Source: Tubiluchus corallicola
Lineage: Eukaryota; Animalia; Priapulida
DNA length: 64,000 nucleotides
Direction: 5' to 3'
Assembly: GCA_030141605.1 (NCBI GenBank)
Contig: JAQGDQ010000118.1
Location: 372,001-436,000 of the forward strand
Shown: in pieces, positions 55,410-64,000 of the stretch
How positions within the stretch are numbered: the first letter of the stretch is position 1
How the letters are laid out: every line of letters begins with the position of its first letter
Position numbers and translations under genes: made by a program
The notes under the pieces: model-generated
Seen by the model: the letters and a program-made list of their open reading frames with translations, nothing else
Database searches by the model: none
What the model was told of the DNA's origin: nothing

Positions 55410-55690
55410 TAATTGGGCTTGTATTTTTATACAATGCTGCCATGCTGAGCTATAGACAGTAAAAGGAAATTGACGCATTTCAAAGACATCTCTGAAGAAA
55501 ATCATTTGGTATTAAATTGCCTGCCAGAATATCAAACACTGATAATCTGCATGATGTGGTAAAGAATAACCCTAAACAAATCCAATTAAAAACACTGCGT
55601 TGGATTGGACATGTACTAAGCCACTCTCTGAATCTCCTCTTCCTATAGCATTATGTAAAACTCTTAGAACGGCAAAATAAGCCGAGAAGG
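55410..55690 (+). mobile_element. RTE-type LINE fragment
   Basis: EIDAFQR...GIKLPARISN...LKTLRWIGHVL matches the RTE post-RT motif (F....LR.I..I.W...ISN...LRW.GHV.R). Contains stops and frameshifts. Confidence 0.65.
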
Positions 55691-56631
55691 AGGTCAGCTA
55701 CTTTTGTATATAGATATAAATATTTAGCCATTACCACTCTAGATTTTGAGAGATGATTCATCGTGGGCAGTAGAGGCAGATAAGGGTGCCTGGCATTAAC
55801 ACATGAAGTTTGCCATGTTTTAAACCATATAAACAAAAGTAAACACGTAAACGCATTGAACCTGTAACTTTACCCATGAAAAGCAAGCATATTTTAAGCT
55901 ATCTCCAGTTTACTAAAATTAATTGTTGAGATGAACCAAAAATGATTAAGATTAAGAGTCAATAAAAGCATACAGTGTATTTGGAATTAAGGCCGTAAGT
56001 TATAAACATTGTCATAGACAAGAGAATAAAAATTAATTATCATACACAAAAGTGTACAGCAGAGTTAAATAAATAAAAGCATTTATACAAATATTTGGGA
56101 AATTCAATGCATAGAAAAATAATTACAGGATATTCCACATGTTAAAGTTTACATTACTTCTTCTATTAAGTGAAAACTCACTTATGGCCAGAACATTCTC
56201 ATGAACTTCTAAACTGAACGTACGTGCCTAAAGGTTTATCGTTCTGAGTTCTCACCAAGTTTGATCTAATTCCTAATGTTGCTATACAAGTGCTGCAATG
56301 CGTGATACTGAGTCTGCCATTATTAGCCTTTTGGCTTGTTGTATTTAGTTTGTTTTGTTTCCATGTCCTGGATAGCATTGCGCACTGCCAGGATGCTGTA
56401 GTAATGGCTATTTGTGCTGCACACATTTCTAATCTGTATGTTGATATCTTTTGTAATATATGATTGTTGAATCTATTTAGATAATATTAAAGTCAATTAT
56501 TCAATACATTATACTGATCTGCATAGTATTTTTTCTTCTATTTCAACATGTTGGCATCACTGTTGTGTGAAATGTCTTTATTGTGAGTAAAAATTTTTCC
56601 TATTTTTAAATTAGATCTGGTCACCTTGAAC

Positions 56632-56763
56632 ATGAGACGGTCTTCCGCACCTAGTCAAGTCACCTCACTGAAGAAGCGGCCTCGATTCTCTTGCCCTTTT
56701 AAAGAAACTATTTGTACTAAAAAGCTAGAAGCCTGCAATGATGACCCAGTAAACTCAAATGAG
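56632..56763 (+). CDS. RAD54B: RAD54B first coding exon
   Basis: [24 protein letters not shown]...; an acceptor ttag| lies 17 nt upstream of the ATG; donor GAG|gtataa. Confidence 0.88.
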
Positions 56764-57854
56764 GTATAATGCCTAACTAATTTTTTTCTAGTAATATTTG
56801 ACTACACAATAGGTAACTTGGTGTACATCAAGTGGCAGGTCTTGAACTACTAAAGCTGAATAAATGAACTAGCATCATTTATTATTTACTGTTTACTACA
56901 TTATTTAATCTAATTTAATCTAAAATTTAATCAAATTAGTATTTTTGTTAGTAGACTAGGCCTTTGTTCTTTCACTATTGTGTGGTCGCTACATAAAGAC
57001 ATCAATATGGAAAGGTGGATAAATTTCAGTCCTTTGCTGTTTTCTATGCCAGTCAATGATATTAACATATCACTATTCAACTGATGATGTAACTAGTAAA
57101 GTGAAGAATTGATGCACAATTATAAATATTTGCCCTTATCAGGCATAAATTATAAGATCATAAGGGTTGAAATATGAAAATTCTGGATTGTGTGTATGTC
57201 TGATCAAAGTGAGAAACATTTAGTAAATAATTGTTTTGAAATCCAAGTTAATTGCCTCATTCCTTTTGTGATTTTTTTCCAAAAGTTTGATTAATATATT
57301 ACATTTAAATAATAGAAACTTTACTCTATGAATGTGCAGAAATGACATAGTTAGATACAACTTTGTTTAAGTATTTTGTTTTTATTTTTAATAGAATGCA
57401 GAGACATCCAGCAACAGGATGGATTCTTCAATGTTAGGTGCAGGTTGTAGCTCTAAGTTCAGAACCCCATTAACAACAAATTACAATCTTAAAAGGAGTA
57501 TCATACCTTGTAGCAACTCAGAGGGCAAGTTATTATAATATTATTATATTATTATTTTTATAATTTTCTTTGGGGATTTTGGAGTTGGAAAATAATTAGA
57601 TAAAATTATAGGTATCTAGACAATTTGTGTGGTTATTGAAGTAATCTTTGATTATTTTGGAAAGATCAAAGTTTGGAATGGATGTTATAGCTACACAATC
57701 TGCATGACATTACATGTAATTCTGAAGTCAAGTGTTTATTCCAGTTGTATAGTGTACCTGTACTATACCTGTTGTTCAAATTTATTTGATAAGATATAAT
57801 GAACAATCAAAACAAAACATCACGTATTCTACAGTTTAAAAAAATAGGAAGAGG

Positions 57855-57896
<42 letters not shown>

Positions 57897-60800
57897 CAAC
57901 TTGGCTGAGATTCTGCTGGTTCAGTGACTCATTTATCCTTGATAATAAGCAAGGCTGCAGTCATCCCACACACATCCCACTGAACAGGCCCTTCCTTTGA
58001 GAACTGGGCTCTAGTCTTCAGTATGCGAAGTGTATGAAGACACAGTTACTTTTCACAAGTCTGTGACTGTTGCCTTCATGAGTTAATCAAGTAAATTTGT
58101 AATTTGTAGGAACCACCAGTGATATAAAAGTTTACAGTGTTGTATGGCGCAAATTATCAAAGAAGAAGGTATGTTAGCTGAAACTGTTAAGTAAAAATGC
58201 TAAGCACAGAGTATTTTGACTTTCTCCTGGCTTGCACTCTCCAGATCTCTGGTTGTGAAAGTTAAACAACATCAACTGTGCTTTACAGTGTTTATCTTTT
58301 TGCAGAAAAGAGTTTTAACTTTGAAGAGTTTGCACTACAGATTAACAGAGAAAAATTCTGATTCTGAAATGACACCATCTATGGTCATAATCAGAATCAT
58401 GCCCAGTATGCTTCACTACAGTCCCCAACTCTCAGTTCCCAAAGCAATTTTAAGTGCTTTAAGACATCATGAAGTGAAACAAAACACAATGCTACCTAGC
58501 TCAAAATCGTGCAGAAGCTGCCTATGCTGACTACAAAAAAATCTACATTCAGCTGGTGATTTAAAAATGCACTGTAGAATCTATTAATGAATCTAGTGTA
58601 CAATCATTGTGATCGTAGGATAACATCAGTTCGACTCCCATAGTTACGAAAAAGCATTTACGATTGCAGCAGAAACTTTGTTTTTATTTAATTTCATTAG
58701 TTTCCTTTCGTGTTCCATTTCATCCGTCTTCATTGAGTTAGATCTAGAGAGCTGTGAGACCAACAATTCTTGCGAATATCGTTATCATAAATACTTTAGG
58801 TTCTCATAATGAAAAGGTATAATTAATAAATGAAAAGTGTACTTCATGTGTTATTCATTCTGTACGCTGTACTGTAGAAATTATCTGGTTTTACTTTATA
58901 ATTCGCTGGTTTTGAGTCCTACCAATTACTGTAATTTAATTTTTTTATTTTGCTATTTCAGCATAAAAGATGGGATGGAGATGGCAAGTATAATAAAATT
59001 TTGTTATATGAAATGTGACAAAATTGTTTAAAAGATCATTTTTTAATGCACTGAGGAAAATGTCAGGCATTGCTATTAGCATATGGGCATTGATACTAGC
59101 TGTTGATACTTCAGCTACGTGTGGCTTTTGCAAGATTTCATTAGCTTTGCCAAGAATTTCTGTTTGCTATTTCTAAATCCTGATAAAGCAATTTTAAGAC
59201 AAATGACTAAGTAAGATTTTTTGGCATAATTTGGTATTAAAAACAAGTTTAGAAATGTAACACTCTACTTTGAATTAATATATTTGTATATGTTTCTATT
59301 ATAAAAATTGTAGTAGTATTGTTTATATTTTATGATGCTTTATAATTATATTGTTTACAAAACATATTACAGCTGTGTTAATATACAATGGTAGGTCAGC
59401 CATTCTAAAAGACATGGAAGGCATTGTGTAAGTAGTTAACAATTTTTACATTCTACCATTTTTGCATTCAACATTTTAGCCTCAGTATTTCCATTAAAGT
59501 GCAGCGGCTACACCAAAAGTTAGCAGCAAAAAGTCACCTTAAAAGAATATGTTACCATTATTTTTATCATGGTTATCATTTATCGGGTTATAGGGCATCC
59601 GGTATTGTGCCCTGACAACTTCCACGAAGGCATCTATATTAGACACTGATTAATTTCTTTCAAAAGCTCCACAATCATTTTATTTTACCTGGCTGGAAGA
59701 AAAACTGGTTAGATTTTTATGTTTTTAACATTGTTGTGTAGAATCAGCAAACATTCTGGGTATAAGACTTCAGATCTGGCAAACCTGGAGGGAGGCTCCA
59801 CTTTAATTCTGGGAGATAAAGAAATTGAGGTAAAGGTAGTGAATAGCTAATGTTACAAGTTTTAATGTTCTGCTTGGTTGAAAAGCTTACGTAGCTACTG
59901 ATTATATATGATGACTGGTTGTAGTTAATAATAATAAAATTTGTATTTATTTATGTTATAAAGAATCTTTATTTATTTATTATGGATTAACAAAGTAGTT
60001 ATAAATGATTCGAGTCTTTCCACACACAATGTAGATAGTTTTATGGTATATAGCTGTGTGATACATCATATTATATCAATATTTTAAATGGAATAACTTT
60101 AATAAGAAGAATTGTTGTCGTTACCATGATATTGTTTATGTAGATAACAGATGTCATCAGTTTTGCCGATTATAACAGTGGGAGATGTTTTCAAAATGCA
60201 GCCCCGATGCAGCAGAGCATTCCTCAAACTGACAATGAACAATCATCTGGTAAGCGGCCATATTTGAAGTTCTATGCATGGAATGCACTTGTGGATTAAG
60301 TGACTGAATTTGTAACTCTATTATAAAAACGTCAAAATTAAGCTTAGTAAATTAACAGCAAAAACTGCACTTTGTTACCTCTCCCATTTCATCAAGCCAA
60401 CAGTTATCATTTACAGGAATCATTATTTTCAAAAAATTGCAATTTGCTATAAATGTAAATTTAATGACATAGTTTTATGAATTTGAAGGAGTTAAGCTTA
60501 TTTCAGTGTTTGCGAAAAATGTTAGAAGGATTTAATATACAATACTTTTGTGTACAATAAGCATCTCGTAAAATAAGTAGAAGCTCTTTAAAGTCACAAT
60601 CGTTTCATGCTTTGGCACTCCCATTTTGAAAGCCAATTCTTCCACCAATGACGTCCATCGACCGAAGAAAAGCAGCACATTGTCAATTTCTGTCAAAAGT
60701 ATAATAAGTTTTTACAAAAAAAATAGATAGCTAATTTTGTGTTACTTTTTATGAACATTAAGTAAGCTACAAAAGTTTGAATTAGTTTAAGCAGCACACA

Positions 60801-62567
60801 ATTACATAAAGCCACGATGCGCTCACTAACAGTCACGAAGTCCACCAGCGGCAATCACCGTACCTGAAAATTTCTGTGCCGCAGTAGCATAAATTAACTT
60901 TATATTTTACAGACAATTTTCTTTCAAATTTCTTTCTTGTGTTTTTCTAAGTTTAAGTGATAATGGTAAAATAAACCTAGCAAGCTAAGTGACTTGTCTT
61001 CCTTTAAATAAGAAAACTGTCGAATGATTTAATAGACACATTTTCTATTTTTAGTTGTTCAAAAACAGTTTTCCATTCCCGCACTGAAAAAAGAAGCGGT
61101 GACACCAAATGTACTTTCAGCAAAGGTACATATTGAGTTTTTCTGATTATGCAACATTTCCAAGCTGATCAAGATTTTAGTTGACCATGCGAGTTAATAT
61201 AAACATAATGACTAGTTCCTGGGCAGCAACAGATCTAAACATTTTTTCATAAGCCGTAGGGTCTGCAACACACTTCGGAGACGAGCTCGAAGTAACGTTC
61301 TTTGTGTTATCTTATGAAAAAAGCAAATTGCATTGAGTTCTAATTGTGTACCAGATTGTCGAGTTTACCCCCCGTTTTTTTTGTATTTTGCTGATAAAGA
61401 TGCCTCAGCAATTAGTAACCAGAAGAGTTAATGGAATTTAATCTGTCAAAATGACTCTTTTGCAACGTTTTACGATGGTATGTGCTTGACATCAATATTC
61501 GTGTCGAATCTTTTCACTCTTATTTATTGACTATCATATTTGCTGTTGTTTCAGATTCCAGTTTCTCAAGTGAAACCAAGGCATGATCCTTCATTGCCTG
61601 GCGCACTTGTTATGCCGCGACCAGATGAAAAGCACCAGGTATGTGGTTGGTTTTATGATGATGATGATGATTTGCAAAGTCTAATAATCCATATTATAGG
61701 TTAACATTGTGTTATAATCTGTAGTCACCTCTATATTAATACATTGCATTTGACGACACCTACAGTATCACATATAGGTTAGTCTAGCTCGGTGCATATT
61801 TAAGTTTGTATCAATTATCAATTGTTTGATATAATGCTTATTATCGGTCGGTGTGAAGTGCTGATTAGACAATGGCAGTAAAACTAATAACATGTTATAT
61901 TAGTGTGTGATGTAAGTTTTATTGAAAATTATATTTCAACCAGCTAGAACCATTTAAGTAATGCACAATGGTTATCTCTTAACAAATTGTTACTTACGAT
62001 TTTAACAAGTCACTTGTTTTCTTCAGGAACTAAATAACAAAAACTGTTTGCCAGTTGTAGATGTTGTAGTCGATCCCTATTTATCCTGTCACTTGCGGCC
62101 ACACCAAAAAGAAGGCGTAACTTTTCTTTACGAGTGTGTGACTGGAATGCGCGATTATACTGGCTGTGGTGCCATATTAGCGTAAGTACATGAAGACTGT
62201 CTGTTGACTATTTCGGAAAACTAGACTGTAGAGTTTGTGCTTTTGAAATGTTGCATTAGTCTTCTGTTAGCTAGCACCTGTGTTCCACAATTCCTGTTGT
62301 GCTTGTGTTTTACATACATAAAACGTAAAAGTCATATCACATGTGATAATATTTGATTAAATGAATCGTGCACAATTGTTACGCTGAAAATTTACTTTTT
62401 TTATATGTTATCATTATTAATTATTCTTTGTTCACAGTGATGCCATGGGTTTAGGAAAAACTCTACAGTGTATTACTCTAATTTGGACATTGTTTAAACA
62501 AGGACCCTATAATGGCAAACCACTATTGAGAAGAATACTAATAGTTACTCCTAGTAGTCTAGTCAAG
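56632..62567 (+). CDS. RAD54B: DNA repair and recombination protein RAD54B, 5' part (11 coding exons, 344 codons; continues beyond the window)
   Basis: Exons 56632-56763, 57395-57524, 58110-58168, 58962-58983, 59373-59427, 59742-59829, 60144-60249, 61055-61125, 61555-61638, 62027-62181 and 62438-62567 join in frame. Motifs: [10 protein letters not shown]-terminus, [85 protein letters not shown] and [10 protein letters not shown] (SNF2 Q/I/Ia motifs). The N-terminal motifs favour RAD54B over RAD54L. Confidence 0.94.
57395..57524 (+). CDS. RAD54B: RAD54B coding exon 2 (probable GC donor)
   Basis: Strong acceptor, open frame NAETSS...CSNSE and G|gcaagt in phase 1. The region is poorly conserved, so the 3' boundary is less certain. 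Confidence 0.65.
58110..58168 (+). CDS. RAD54B: RAD54B coding exon 3
   Basis: tag|[20 protein letters not shown]|gtatgt. Confidence 0.92.
58962..58983 (+). CDS. RAD54B: RAD54B 22-nt microexon (GC donor)
   Basis: ttcag|HKRWDGD+G|gcaagt; required to complete KKKHKRWDGDAVL. Confidence 0.9.
59373..59427 (+). CDS. RAD54B: RAD54B coding exon 5
   Basis: cag|[19 protein letters not shown]|gtaagt. Confidence 0.92.
59742..59829 (+). CDS. RAD54B: RAD54B coding exon 6
   Basis: tag|[29 protein letters not shown]|gtaaag. Confidence 0.92.
60144..60249 (+). CDS. RAD54B: RAD54B coding exon 7
   Basis: tag|[17 protein letters not shown]...EQSS|gtaagc. Confidence 0.92.
61055..61125 (+). CDS. RAD54B: RAD54B coding exon 8
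   Basis: ttag|[24 protein letters not shown]|gtacat; supplies the phase 1 to 0 bridge. Confidence 0.82.
61555..61638 (+). CDS. RAD54B: RAD54B coding exon 9
   Basis: tcag|[28 protein letters not shown]|gtatgt. Confidence 0.94.
62027..62181 (+). CDS. RAD54B: RAD54B coding exon 10
   Basis: ttcag|[52 protein letters not shown]|gtaagt. Confidence 0.96.
62438..62567 (+). CDS. RAD54B: RAD54B coding exon 11 (helicase motifs I and Ia)
   Basis: cag|[43 protein letters not shown]|gtaagt. Confidence 0.96.
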
Positions 62568-62625
62568 GTAAGTTGAGCAACAATTTTCTATTCCTCTGGT
62601 AACTATATAATAATATATTATAGGG

Positions 62626-63635
62626 TAGTAGTGGAACCGTTTAATCAATTGTAATCGATTTGGGCATTTATTCTTGATCTCTGATTATTTTTTCAAATGT
62701 CGTTAGAAATCAATTGCATTACCAATGCCATTAGCACTTATTTTTCTCAAAAAGTGCATGGTAAACCGTCATTGTGGTGAAACCAGTATAGTATGGTACT
62801 ATGTTTGCGCAGTAACTTGTCGCCATGGCACCATGTGCTGCCTCACTGTGTACCACCTTACGATGTATCACCTTCTGGTACATCACGTGCTGCTACATGG
62901 AATGAGAAAACATGGTGTGACAGTACACAGAGAGGGGTACAAAGTGAGAGCCGAACCATCAAGTTGAGGTTGGTCGGTATTTGAACACGGAGGTGATACC
63001 CGGGGATGTCGAGCAAGAGCGAATGTCTCGCGTAGTAAGTGATTTCAAAGATGGAACATTGTCCAAATTCATGTAATGCATTGAATGCGCAATCGATTTA
63101 TAAGGTGCTGCTGCAGGTGCACTACGAACTCCATAAAATTTGTGAATATTATGCGCTTGCTCCATCTTACATTTAAACGCATACTTCTACACACTGTAAC
63201 ACTTCAAATAATAATACAGTAACTTGACTTTCTTCTGAAGTGGCTTGTATTAGATGAATAAGTGTTAGTCGTGAACCTTTCACTAAAACTTTTACGATTT
63301 TCGACATTGCAACCCGTAAACAAAAGCTCTAAACATCCGTCAGGCCGACCATCTCACCGACAATGTACATGCACAGTGAAAACTGCTAGCTACTTTCTTC
63401 AGCAAATGTGTGGACCTCTCGCATTGCTAGCACTGTCCATATCAGGTGTTCAACTAGCATAGCAGTATTACATCTCAGCTTGTATAGGGACTAGATGATT
63501 CATTAATTTGTTGTTTTTTGCATGTAGATAGACAGCTCTGCCTCATAAGGCCTATCAACCTATTATAATCGATTATGAAATTGATTTTGCATCCGATTAA
63601 TCGATTAAGAGAATGAAACTAATATCCCACCACTA
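62626..63635 (+). mobile_element. internally deleted hAT element in a RAD54B intron
   Basis: Termini TAGTAGTGGAA ... ATCCCACCACTA, subterminal AATCGATT repeats at both ends, and 8-bp flanks TTATAGGG / ATACAGGG (6/8). The internal TSIVWYY..VTCRH..SGTS..RKHG resembles a decayed BED finger. Confidence 0.72.
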
Positions 63636-64000
63636 ATACAGGGTATATGAATTATCATGTTATATATTTTTCCACCCGCCAATTGTCATTATTTTATAAA
63701 ACTCATGGAAACTACTGCTATTAAAACTATTTTTGAGACTTTGGCAATACAACAAGGTAGTTAGATTTCCTGGGAAAAGGCACTGCAAAAAATGTAACGA
63801 AATGAGTAAAGTGTTATATTGTGCTTTCAATGCATTAATAAATTCCAACCACAAGAACCAATACCTCAATCTTTAGTGTTTTGTTTCTGCTGCAAGTGCT
63901 TGAACCACCCGATGGAAATAATTTATTAACATCCTTTGCTACTGGCACAGCGAGTGAATTCATCTACTAGGCTAGTCTCTTCAAATTACCAGTGTTTGTG

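Noticed and set aside
56190-56520. Second RTE-like fragment on the minus strand (DINIQIRN...)
   Set aside because: Similarity is too weak to support as a feature.
58216-58530. Intronic ORF as a nested FSBP-like gene (vertebrate RAD54B hosts FSBP)
   Set aside because: No Myb/SANT-like motif, non-ATG start and no similarity I can recognise.
58630-58642. 13-mer TTCGACTCCCATA shared with the hammerhead-like motif at 19562
   Set aside because: Lacks the CTGANGA box and the other stem strand; it reads equally well as a tRNA B-box fragment.

Overview
AT-rich, intron-rich eukaryotic (metazoan-looking) DNA; the taxon cannot be assigned from sequence alone. In bases 1 to about 39,000 I could not support any host protein-coding gene. 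That stretch holds decayed retroelements (a 5'-truncated Crack/L2-type LINE at 7.8-10.9 kb and other LINE 3' ends), tRNA-derived heads, an inverted pair of hammerhead-ribozyme-like motifs (Penelope-type), MITEs and many long or compound microsatellites. The right half holds two divergently oriented genes that I reconstructed by hand from splice signals and frame continuity. EIF4H is on the minus strand (9 coding exons, 274 aa, RRM plus an expanded RGG/DRGGY region, probable 3'-UTR intron). The 5' part of RAD54B is on the plus strand (11 coding exons, 344 codons to just past helicase motif Ia, continuing beyond the window) and has one required and one probable GC-AG intron, a 22-nt microexon and an unusual DAMGLGKT Walker A. 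Introns carry Tc1/pogo-, PIF/Harbinger-, hAT- and Helitron-type non-autonomous elements. I found no convincing new multi-gene system. The best leads are the hammerhead-like motifs, the non-canonical RAD54B splicing, a compound microsatellite flanked by a 13-bp direct repeat, and the EIF4H exon architecture.
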